Shown here: positions 1 through 10,494 of the stretch, piece by piece
How the letters are laid out: each line of letters begins with the position of its first letter
How positions within the stretch are numbered: position 1 is the stretch's first letter
Source: Gemmatimonas sp.
GTDB taxonomy: Bacteria > Gemmatimonadota > Gemmatimonadetes > Gemmatimonadales > Gemmatimonadaceae
DNA: 64,000 nt
Assembly (NCBI GenBank): GCA_031414535.1
Contig: JANNVQ010000038.1
Coordinates: 67,461 to 131,460 of the forward strand
Reading direction: 5' to 3'
Notes under the pieces: model-generated
Told to the model about the DNA's origin: nothing
Databases searched by the model: none
Seen by the model: only the letters and a program-made list of their open reading frames with translations
Made by a program: the position numbers and the translations under genes

Positions 1-387
1 TGAGAGGGCCGAGCCCAAATTGAACAGTCCGTCTGAGCTGCCGAAGACGTAGGGAACCATTGCGCCAGTGAGGACAATGGTCTTCTCGAGCTTCGCGTTC
101 GCCAGCTCCCGCGCCGACTCGACCATTGTGTCCGTGCCATGCGTGATGACAATCCGGGACTCGGCGCTCGCCGCAGCCGCCGCGACGATGCGCGCGCGAT
201 CGGCGGGGGTGAGATCGAGGGAGTCCTTCAACATCAACACCTCAATTGCTAACGCGAGGTTGCAGCGCCCGCGTGCCAGCACGTCCTCCACGTGCGTCTC
301 GCTAAAGGCGAGCGTGCCGTGGAGTTCGTCGTAGCGCTTGTCAAAGGTGCCGCCGGTGACGAGGAGGCGGAGGTTTGGACTACTCAT
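1..387 (-). CDS. Asparaginase-domain protein (partial; 3' end runs off the window)
   Basis: Not in the ORF track; translated by hand from ATG at 387: MSSPNLRLLVTGGTFDKRYDELHG...LKDSLDL...IVITHGTDTMV...IVLTGAMVP. TGGT and HGTDT are the asparaginase/glutaminase catalytic motifs. Confidence 0.88.
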   Translation of the reverse strand, partial: MSSPNLRLLVTGGTFDKRYDELHGTLAFSETHVEDVLARGRCNLALAIEVLMLKDSLDLTPADRARIVAAAAASAESRIVITHGTDTMVESARELANAKLEKTIVLTGAMVPYVFGSSDGLFNLGSALS

Positions 388-473
388 GGGAAGGATCGGA
401 AGAGGACGCTGAAAAGATACTCTGCGGCCACCTCTATTGATGAATGTGCCAACGGGGTCCAACTTCAACCTCC

Positions 474-1598
474 ATGAACGATGCCCATCGGTCCACCCTC
501 GTGCTTCCCCCGCGGGTCTCCCTCGTCCTTGGCGGCGGCGGCCTCAAGGGTTTCGCGCACATCGGGGTGCTCAAGGCCTTTGAGGAACGCGGTATCACGC
601 CGACCGTGGTGGCAGGCACGAGCATCGGTTCGCTCATCGCCGCCGCGTATGTGGGTGGAATGCCCATCCCGGAGATGATCACGCGCGCCAAGTCCCTCAC
701 CAAGAACGACCTGTTCAAGATCAACCACGTGGGGATGGTGACGCGGCGCATGCTTTCGCCATCGCTGTACTTGGCGCGGCCGCTGCACAAGCTCATTGAC
801 GACATCGTGCCCAAAGGCACGTTCCGCGATCTCAAGCGCCGCTTGCTTGTGAACGTCGTGGATTTGGAGAGCGCGTCGCAGGTGCTGTTCGGCCTGCCGG
901 GCCTCGAGGACGTCCAAGTAGCCGACGCCGTGTACGCGTCCTGCGCGCTACCCGGATTCTTCCCGCCAGCCAAGATTGCTGGACGTACCTGCGCCGACGG
1001 CGGCATCGCCGACAACGTGCCCGCGATGGCGGCCTCATACGGGATGGACGCCGTGATTGCCGTGGACGTGGGCTCAAGCAACATCGCGCGGGCCAGGCGC
1101 GTGGGCGAGAAGGGTTTCGCCGCCATCTATGTGCGCAGCGCGCAGATCATGATGAAGAGCCTGCAGTCCCAGCAATTGGCGAACTGGAGCGGGCCGCCCC
1201 TGCTACTCGTACGGCCCGCGGTGTGGCACTACAACTGGTTCAGCTTCGGTCACGTGGAGCGGATCATCCAGCTTGGCTACGAAGCCGCCGTGGATTCGCT
1301 TGACCGCGTGGGCACCTCCCTTCTGCTCGGTGGCGTCTGGCCCCGCCGGATGGTGGAGGTCCAGGTGGACCGAGACAAGTGCACCGGCTGCACCATGTGC
1401 GCGACCATCGCCCCGAGCATGATGACCATGGGGCGGGACGGAAAAGCGTCCGTGCTCCATAGCCCAGTGGAGTGGTCCCGGGCTGATGGGGATTTCGTGC
1501 ACCAATGCCCCACGGGGGCAATTGCTGTGGAGGCGGTGAGTGGGGAGGACCGGCACTACACCATGGAAATGCCAATCCTCGAGGACGGCTCTGACTGA
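474..1598 (+). CDS. Patatin-like phospholipase with C-terminal single-cluster ferredoxin domain
   Basis: GGGGLKG oxyanion loop, GTSIG (GxSxG) and DGG motifs; C-terminal VDRDKCTGCTMCATIAP...QCPTGAI (CxxCxxC...CP). ATG 474 preferred over 444. Confidence 0.88.
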   Translation: MNDAHRSTLVLPPRVSLVLGGGGLKGFAHIGVLKAFEERGITPTVVAGTSIGSLIAAAYVGGMPIPEMITRAKSLTKNDLFKINHVGMVTRRMLSPSLYLARPLHKLIDDIVPKGTFRDLKRRLLVNVVDLESASQVLFGLPGLEDVQVADAVYASCALPGFFPPAKIAGRTCADGGIADNVPAMAASYGMDAVIAVDVGSSNIARARRVGEKGFAAIYVRSAQIMMKSLQSQQLANWSGPPLLLVRPAVWHYNWFSFGHVERIIQLGYEAAVDSLDRVGTSLLLGGVWPRRMVEVQVDRDKCTGCTMCATIAPSMMTMGRDGKASVLHSPVEWSRADGDFVHQCPTGAIAVEAVSGEDRHYTMEMPILEDGSD

Positions 1599-1610
1599 GG
1601 ATCTGGGTGG

Positions 1611-1682
1611 GGACGGAAGACGGATGACGGAAGCTCGAACCGCGCGCGACCGCCGTTCGCGTCCGTCATCCGTCTTTTGTCC
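1611..1682. repeat. Inverted repeat built from GACGGAT heptamers (copy 1)
   Basis: GGACGGAAGACGGATGACGGA (1611-1631) pairs with TCCGTCATCCGTCTTTTGTCC (1662-1682); 19/21 Watson-Crick plus 2 G-U. Confidence 0.85.
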
Positions 1683-1780
1683 TGCAATTGAGCGCTCCGA
1701 GCCTTAGATTGCACTTCAGCCTGGCGAGCGGGCGTAGCCCGCCGCCAGTGGCTCAGGCCGAACTCCCCCTAGGACTCAGC

Positions 1781-4531
<2,751 letters not shown>

Positions 4532-4534
4532 CGG

Positions 4535-4750
4535 CGAGGAGCGAACGAGAAGAGCGAAGTATTGAAGAGCGAGGTTTGAAGGCCTGAAGGCATGAAGGGG
4601 AGGAGCCGGAAACGGCTGCTCCCCTTCGTTCTTCCCCCAAGCCCACTCCTGACCATATCTTCTTCTTCGGACCTTGGTACCTTCTCCCCTCGCTCTTCGC
4701 TACTTCGCTCTTCTCTTTCGCTCTTCTCTTTCGCTCTTCGCTCCTCGCTC
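4535..4750. repeat. Large imperfect inverted repeat of GAAGAGC/GCTCTTC micro-repeats enclosing the acnA terminator
   Basis: 4535-4574 pairs with 4688-4727 (35/40 by manual alignment); further CTCTTCG-like units continue to about 4750. Confidence 0.8.
4594..4634 (+). terminator. Probable intrinsic terminator of acnA
   Basis: GAAGGGGAGGAGCCG-GAAA-CGGCTGCTCCCCTTC: 15-bp stem with one mismatch and a GNRA loop, followed by GTTCTT. Confidence 0.7.
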
Positions 4751-4751
4751 T

Positions 4752-5462
4752 TTGCTCCAGCTCTCCTTACTGGGCGCCATAACCCTCACGGGTTCTGAGA
4801 CCGCCCCCGCCTTCCTCTCGCAGACCAAGCGCGTGGCGCTGCTGGCCTATTTGGCGGCTGCCCAGCCCTTTGGGAGCCACACGCGCGACAAAGTGGCGAC
4901 GCTGTTCTGGCCTGAGGTAGATCAGAGCGGAGCGCGCGATGCGCTGCGCAAGGCGTTGCATGCTATTCGCGAAGCCTTGGGCAAGGACGTCATCGTCAAC
5001 GTCGGCGACGAGAACTTCGAGCTGAACCGCAGCCTGGTGTGGACGGACGTCCAAGCCTTGCACGTGGCTGGAGAGGCCGGGCAGTATCTGCGCGTGCTCG
5101 AGTTGTACAAAGGCGCGCTCATGCCGGGGTTCTTCGCCGACGCGCCTGGCTTTGAGCAGTGGCTCGAGGACGAGCGCGAGAGCATTCGCCAGACCGCGCT
5201 CGGCTACGCGATGAAGTTCCTCGATCAGCTGGAAGCCGAGTCCAACCTCACCATCGCTACGCAGTGGGTGCGCAAGATTGTGCGGCTCGTGCACTTCGAG
5301 GAGCGCATCATTCGCAAGCTGATGAATTTTCTCGTGCGCGTGGGCGCGCGCGCGGACGCGCTCAAGATCTACGACGACTTCGCCAAGAAGCTCTTGGCCG
5401 AGTTGGGCACCGCGCCGGACACCGAGACACAGGCGCTCGCCGCCAGCATTCGCGGTAAGTAA
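4752..5462 (+). CDS. Stand-alone SARP/BTAD-domain transcriptional regulator
   Basis: LQLSLLG...KRVALLAYLA...RDKVATLFWPE...ARDALRKALHAIR winged helix, then BTAD (LYKGALMPG, FEQWLEDER, LAELGTAPDTETQAL). TTG 4752 inferred as start because the upstream in-frame part is the micro-repeat. Confidence 0.85.
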   Translation: MLQLSLLGAITLTGSETAPAFLSQTKRVALLAYLAAAQPFGSHTRDKVATLFWPEVDQSGARDALRKALHAIREALGKDVIVNVGDENFELNRSLVWTDVQALHVAGEAGQYLRVLELYKGALMPGFFADAPGFEQWLEDERESIRQTALGYAMKFLDQLEAESNLTIATQWVRKIVRLVHFEERIIRKLMNFLVRVGARADALKIYDDFAKKLLAELGTAPDTETQALAASIRGK

Positions 5463-5514
5463 ACCGACTCTCGTAAACCGACTCTCGTGATCCAGCGCCC
5501 GTGATTCGCCCTTC

Positions 5515-6453
5515 ATGATTCGCGTCATTTGGAATCCGGCTTCGGGTCGCGGCCGCGGCGCGCGGATGCACGCTGCCGTGAGGACGGCTTTTGCAAAACA
5601 TGGCATCACGGACTTTCAGGCTACCACGGCCCCCGGTGACGAAGTACGCCTCGTGCACCAAGCGCTGGACGACGGCGCCGAGACAATCGTAGCCATTGGT
5701 GGTGACGGGACCTGGGGCAAATGTGCGGTGGCCCTAGCCAAAGCCGGCTCCCCAGCACGCATGGCGTTTGTGGCGGCTGGAACGGGAAATGACTTTGCCA
5801 AGAACCTGCGTGCTCCGGCCGGCGACCTGCATGCGATGGCACAGCTCATTGCCAGCGGAGGCGTGGAACGCCGCGTGGATCTGGGCCGCGTGGATGATGC
5901 GTGGTTTGCCAACGTCGCCGGATTGGGGTTCGACGTCGCAGTATTGCACGCCACCAAGCGGGTGCGATGGCTCCGCGGCCCGTCGGTGTATGTGGTGGCG
6001 GCGCTCCGAGAACTGATGGAGTTTCATGGCCTCGAGGCCCGCGTTCAAGGTATGCTCGGCGTGGACCCCGCTCCGATGCGCAGGCGGCTCATGCTGGTGA
6101 TCGCCAACGGGAAGGAATTCGGCGGTGCGTTTCGCATCGCCCCTCACGCCCTCGTGGACGACGGTCGGCTCGATGCAGTGCTCTTCGAAGACGGCATTCG
6201 CGCCGGCCGCCTTCCCCTCCTCGCCCGCGCACTCGCGGGCACGCATCTCAAGCATCCCGCGGTTTCGCATACGGCTGCGGCGAGCTTCACCATCACCTGT
6301 CGTAGCCGTCCGTGGCTGGAACTTGACGGCGAGTTGCATCAGGCCGCAGGAGAGCGCATCACTGTGGCCTGCGTGCCCGGCGCCCTACGAGTGCTCGACG
6401 CAGAAGCGGCGCGCGGTAGCAGTAGCGATAGCGCGCCGCCCCTGCGGAACTAG
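5515..6453 (+). CDS. Diacylglycerol/lipid kinase family protein (YegS/BmrU-like)
   Basis: IWNPASG, GGDGT, AGTGNDFA, FANVAGLGFD, ANGKEFGG, DDGRLD, LDGE. Confidence 0.92.
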   Translation: MIRVIWNPASGRGRGARMHAAVRTAFAKHGITDFQATTAPGDEVRLVHQALDDGAETIVAIGGDGTWGKCAVALAKAGSPARMAFVAAGTGNDFAKNLRAPAGDLHAMAQLIASGGVERRVDLGRVDDAWFANVAGLGFDVAVLHATKRVRWLRGPSVYVVAALRELMEFHGLEARVQGMLGVDPAPMRRRLMLVIANGKEFGGAFRIAPHALVDDGRLDAVLFEDGIRAGRLPLLARALAGTHLKHPAVSHTAAASFTITCRSRPWLELDGELHQAAGERITVACVPGALRVLDAEAARGSSSDSAPPLRN

Positions 6454-6480
6454 GCCCCTGCGGACTCGGCCCGTGCGGAA

Positions 6481-6978
6481 CTAGGCCGCGCGGTGGGGCG
6501 AGGAAACAGCTTCGTGGTGAAGCGCCTCTCGCAGCAGCACCGCCGCGGCCGCACGCGTGGGCACGCCGAGCCGCTTGAGCAGGGCCTCCACGTGGCGCCG
6601 CACGGTGTGCAAGGAAATACCGAGCTGCTGGGCAATCTCCCGGTTCCTCAGGCCCTGGGCAATCAACTCGACCACCACGCGTTGACGCGGCGTGAGATCG
6701 AGCTGCACCTCATTTTGGCCCCGCTTGGCGAGCACCACTCGGAACGACTGCCCGCAGAGGCGAACCTCCACACCGACTTTAGACGGCTGGCCCTGCCATG
6801 CTAGGGCCTTTGCCCCTTCAGGCGTCGCCGCGAGCAGCGTACCGTTGGGGTCAGTGACGGCGGCGTTCACTCCGAGCGAACGCAGGAGTGCGGCCAACTC
6901 CGTACCGAGCGCACGGGGCGTGGACGGCAGGGGGCGGCCGGCGAGGGCGAGCGAATTCCTGGACTGCGATGCGATCAT
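6481..6978 (-). CDS. LuxR-type HTH regulator with short PAS-like N-terminus (paralogue 1)
   Basis: LTPRQRVVVELIAQGLRNREIAQQLGISLHTVRRHVEALLKRLGV; GGAG upstream of ATG. Confidence 0.88.
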   Translation of the reverse strand: MIASQSRNSLALAGRPLPSTPRALGTELAALLRSLGVNAAVTDPNGTLLAATPEGAKALAWQGQPSKVGVEVRLCGQSFRVVLAKRGQNEVQLDLTPRQRVVVELIAQGLRNREIAQQLGISLHTVRRHVEALLKRLGVPTRAAAAVLLREALHHEAVSSPHRAA

Positions 6979-7092
6979 GTGGCGCTCCGGTGGAGGTTAC
7001 GCCTGAAGGCTACGAGGGTAGAGTTCCCCCTCCGTCCGACGGTCGTCCCGGGAGCGTCCCGGGAGTGTTTCGTCAGCTTTTTGCAGCTTCCG

Positions 7093-7530
7093 TCAGCTAC
7101 GACGTCCGTACTTTTGCATCACGGCCACCGCGCCGGCGCGATTTCGCACGCCGAGTCGGCGGAACATCTGCTCCAAGTGCCGGCGCACCGTGTGCGTGCT
7201 GATCTTGAGGGCCGATGCAATGTCCTTGTTGCGCTTGCCCTGCTCTAGCAGCTTGGCTACGGATAGCTGCCTCGGGGTTAGATCCAGCGCCCCCGTGCGC
7301 CGCAGCACGACTTCCACGCGCAACGAGACGCCGGCCACGCGTGCGGCCGCGACCCGGACGTCTCCCGGCTCGGCCGCGATCAGTTCGGTCTCGGCGCCCG
7401 GGGAGTGGGCGATGACATCCGCCGAGCTGGGATCGCGAATCACGACGTCAAAACCCAAGCGATGCAGAAGGGCTGAGAGGTCGCTGGCCACCGCCGGCAG
7501 GTTGGCCGGATTCAAATTGGTCGGTTGCAT
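7093..7530 (-). CDS. LuxR-type HTH regulator with short PAS-like N-terminus (paralogue 2)
   Basis: LTPRQLSVAKLLEQGKRNKDIASALKISTHTVRRHLEQMFRRLGVRNR. Confidence 0.88.
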   Translation of the reverse strand: MQPTNLNPANLPAVASDLSALLHRLGFDVVIRDPSSADVIAHSPGAETELIAAEPGDVRVAAARVAGVSLRVEVVLRRTGALDLTPRQLSVAKLLEQGKRNKDIASALKISTHTVRRHLEQMFRRLGVRNRAGAVAVMQKYGRRS

Positions 7531-7666
7531 CGAGAACTATTCCGAGAGCAAAGTGTTCCACCTATGGACCTCCTAGGCCCACCTCGTGGTTGGTACATTG
7601 GAGTGGGCGCTGTTGCCCACTTTGTGGTGGCAGCGCTCTCCCTTCCCAAAAATTCAGACTCCGACT

Positions 7667-8236
7667 ATGTCCACACTTTCCTTCCGTGCTCTGACAGCGG
7701 CATCGGCCCTGGTCATTTCGACTGCCCTTGGCGCGCAACAAACAGCTGGTACAGGCCTGAACGTCGGCGACCTTGCACCCGACTTCACGCTTCCGGCGGC
7801 AACTATGGTTGGGGTGAGTCAAAACCCCGTCAAACTGTCTGACTTAAGGGGCCAAACCGTTGTCATTGCGTTCTATCCACGCGCTCGGACCCGCGGCTGC
7901 ACGGTCCAGATGCAGACGTATCGGGACCAGTACGCCAACGTGTTTAACGGTGGCAGCGGCGTGACGGTCCTAGCCGTGTCCACCGATCCCGTGGACACCA
8001 TTGCGGCCTGGGCGAAGGACGAAAAGTTCCCGATGACCTTCCTGAGTGACCGGGAAGCGACCGTGGGCGCGCTGTACGATGTGAAGTACCCGGCGGCCAA
8101 CGTGCTTCGGCGCGTGCTCTTTGTTGTGGGCCCGGATGGCCGCATTGCCCACGTGATGCGTCCGTTCTCCGAACTTTCGGCGGAGTCGTATACCGAGCTC
8201 ACTGAAGCAGTGCGCAAGACGCGCAGCGGAAACTGA
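7667..8236 (+). CDS. Exported peroxiredoxin (BCP/AhpC-TSA family, single Cys)
   Basis: Signal peptide MSTLSFRALTAASALVISTALGA; VGDLAPDFTLP; FYPRARTRGCT (PxxxTxxC); RRVLFVVGPDGRI. Confidence 0.88.
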   Translation: MSTLSFRALTAASALVISTALGAQQTAGTGLNVGDLAPDFTLPAATMVGVSQNPVKLSDLRGQTVVIAFYPRARTRGCTVQMQTYRDQYANVFNGGSGVTVLAVSTDPVDTIAAWAKDEKFPMTFLSDREATVGALYDVKYPAANVLRRVLFVVGPDGRIAHVMRPFSELSAESYTELTEAVRKTRSGN

Positions 8237-8297
8237 GCTGCGGGCGCTGCTCGATCTCTACGAGGCTGCGCTCAACGCAGCGGACCCTGCGCTCGCG

Positions 8298-9530
8298 GTG
8301 AGGCGTGGCCTCGCAGAGCGCGAGGTCACTCTGGAGCTGGGGCGCGACCGGCCGCATTGGATTATTGCTTGCGGTAAGGCAGCGAATGCCATGGCCGCTG
8401 CGGCCGTGGAGCATTGCAAGAGCAAGGGACTGACCGTTGCTGGGGGGCTTGTCGTGAGCGTTGCTGCCACGCCGAGCCCCTCGTTTCCTTCAACAATGGA
8501 GTCGCTGGTCGGAGACCACCCCGTACCCGGCTTCAGGTCGCATTACGCGGCGGACCGCTTGGGTGCCCTGCTCGAGGGCATCGGCCGCGACGACGTGGTG
8601 ATTGTTTGCATCTCCGGCGGAACGTCGAGCCTCATCGGATCCGCAATCTCCGGCGTGCGCGAGGAAGACCTCGCCCAATTGCACGCCTTGTTGCTCGGTG
8701 CCGGCGTGCCAATCAATCGCATCAACGCCGTGCGCAAGCGCTTCTCGAGATGGGGCGCCGGGCGGTTGGCCGCCGCACTCGAGTGCGCACGCGTCATTCC
8801 CATCCTGTTGGCGGACGTGCCCAACGAAGATCCCTCGATGATCGGGTCAGGCCCGGTCTCACCGGACCCGCTCAGCGCTTGGCACGTGGAGCGTATTCTG
8901 CGAGACGCAGGACTCGCCAGACAAATCCCGCTCTCGCTCGCCTCTACACTTGGCGCCATGCGCGCTGGCGCCGTGCCCGAGACGCCGAAGCCTGGCAGTG
9001 AAGTCTTTGCCCGAGTTGAAGAGCCCTTCGTTGTTGGCAACTCCGCCGCACTCGACGGCGCCGCGGCCGCGGCGCAGCGCATGGGCTACGCTCCGGTTCT
9101 GTTATCGCTGACGAGTCTCACCGGCGATGCCACCGCGGCCGGCCGCGTACTCGCACACACGCTCGCGCGCGCGGCGCCGGGGACTTGCCTTATCTGGGGC
9201 GGCGAGACCACCGTGCGGCTTCCCGAGAATCACGGGCTCGGTGGGCGCTGCCAGCAGCTCGCGCTCTCTGCGGCAGAGACATTGGCCGATCTTGGCACCA
9301 AGGCTTCCCTCCTCGCCGCTGGCAGCGATGGGCAGGATGGACCAGCGCCTGCGGCAGGCGCCCTTGTGAGCCACTCGACTTGGGCCTTCAGCAAGGCGCA
9401 GGGTGCCGAGCCCCAGCGCGCACTCGAACGCTGCGATGCGTTCGGCGCGCTCGACGCCGCCAAGGCCATTTTACCGAGTCGCCTGACCGGTACAAACGTG
9501 ATGGATATCGTGGTAGCGATACGAGAGTAA
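8298..9530 (+). CDS. Glycerate kinase type 2 (DUF4147/MOFRL, TtuD-like)
   Basis: GKAA, GDHPVPG, ISGGTSSL, INAVRKRFS, IGSGP, GGETTV, GGRCQQ, GSDGQDG, TGTNVMD. True start is probably upstream (frame is open through LRALLDLYEAALNAADP). Confidence 0.9.
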   Translation: MRRGLAEREVTLELGRDRPHWIIACGKAANAMAAAAVEHCKSKGLTVAGGLVVSVAATPSPSFPSTMESLVGDHPVPGFRSHYAADRLGALLEGIGRDDVVIVCISGGTSSLIGSAISGVREEDLAQLHALLLGAGVPINRINAVRKRFSRWGAGRLAAALECARVIPILLADVPNEDPSMIGSGPVSPDPLSAWHVERILRDAGLARQIPLSLASTLGAMRAGAVPETPKPGSEVFARVEEPFVVGNSAALDGAAAAAQRMGYAPVLLSLTSLTGDATAAGRVLAHTLARAAPGTCLIWGGETTVRLPENHGLGGRCQQLALSAAETLADLGTKASLLAAGSDGQDGPAPAAGALVSHSTWAFSKAQGAEPQRALERCDAFGALDAAKAILPSRLTGTNVMDIVVAIRE

Positions 9531-9549
9531 TCGGGCGAAATTCCGCTCC

Positions 9550-10494
9550 ATGAGCCAGGAAACCCGCGCCCCGTTTACCGTCGCCGTCATTCAGGACGGC
9601 GTGCTGGAGACCGCCGAGAAAACTCTCGCCGCCACGATGGTCCGTATCCGTGATGCGGCCGCGAAAGGCGCGCAGATCATTTGTCTGAAGGAGCTGTTCA
9701 ACGCACCCTACTTCTGCAAGAAGCTCGACTCCTCGCGCTTTGATCTCGCGGAACCAGTAGGCGGCGCGACGGTCACCTCCTTGCAGAAGCTCGCGCAGGA
9801 ACTGGCCGTCGTGCTCGTGGTGCCCATCTATGAGAAGCAGGGCCCGGGCGTGTACCGCAACTCTGCCGTGGTGATTGATGCCGACGGCACGTCTCTCGGT
9901 GTGTATCGCAAGATGCACATCCCGCACGATCCGATGTTTGAGGAGAAGTACTACTTCGCACCGGGGGAGAGTGACGCACCGGTGCAGCCGCCTGGCCTGC
10001 GTGGCCCCGATGGCGAGGCCGGCGGCTTTATGGTCTGGAAGACGCGCTACGCCACCATTGGCGTGCTCATCTGCTGGGACCAGTGGTACCCTGAGGGCGC
10101 GCGCATCACCTCATTGCTGGGCGCCGACATTCTGTTTTATCCCACGGCCATCGGTTGGCATCCGGCGGAGAAGGCTGAGTGGGGCGCCGCTCAGGTGGAT
10201 GCCTGGCGCACGGCGCAGCGTGCACACGCGATCGCCAACGGCGTGTTCGTGGCGGCACCAAACCGCGTGGGCCTCGAGCCCGAAGCCGGCACGGATGGCA
10301 TCGAGTTCTTTGGCCATTCGTTCATCGTAGATCCGTACGGGCGCTATCTCGCGCAGGCGGAGACGGGCGAGCACACCCTGATTGCGACGTGCGATCCGGC
10401 GCTCATCGAATACACGCGTCGCAACTGGCCGTTTTTGCGCGACCGGCGCGTGGATGCCTACGAGCCGATTCTTTCACGTTGGATTGGAAGTTGA
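9550..10494 (+). CDS. aguB: N-carbamoylputrescine amidase (nitrilase family)
   Basis: ELF, YRKMHIPHDP...EKYYFAPG, ICWDQWYPEGAR, YPTAIGW, NWPFLRDRR; adjacent to agmatine deiminase. Confidence 0.9.
   Translation: MSQETRAPFTVAVIQDGVLETAEKTLAATMVRIRDAAAKGAQIICLKELFNAPYFCKKLDSSRFDLAEPVGGATVTSLQKLAQELAVVLVVPIYEKQGPGVYRNSAVVIDADGTSLGVYRKMHIPHDPMFEEKYYFAPGESDAPVQPPGLRGPDGEAGGFMVWKTRYATIGVLICWDQWYPEGARITSLLGADILFYPTAIGWHPAEKAEWGAAQVDAWRTAQRAHAIANGVFVAAPNRVGLEPEAGTDGIEFFGHSFIVDPYGRYLAQAETGEHTLIATCDPALIEYTRRNWPFLRDRRVDAYEPILSRWIGS

Noticed and set aside
474..1598. CBASS CapV-type patatin effector
   Set aside because: No CD-NTase or Cap2/3 genes; neighbours are an asparaginase-like gene and acnA.
4535..4750. 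CRISPR array or coding low-complexity N-terminus of the BTAD protein
   Set aside because: Units are about 7 bp with no spacers and there are no cas genes; the translated LALRYFALLFRSSLSLF is a by-product of the repeat.
7605..7638. Hairpin in the peroxiredoxin leader
   Set aside because: A single GC stem with no recognisable family features; too weak to call.
7871..7905. Selenocysteine in the peroxiredoxin active site
   Set aside because: The codon is TGC (Cys) and the frame is uninterrupted.
10179..10490. Extended N-termini from the ORF track (aguA here; also serA 39040, T2SSF 27874, lipoprotein 25772, Tricorn 47442)
   Set aside because: They overlap neighbouring genes and lack family motifs; downstream starts fit coupling or signal peptides better.
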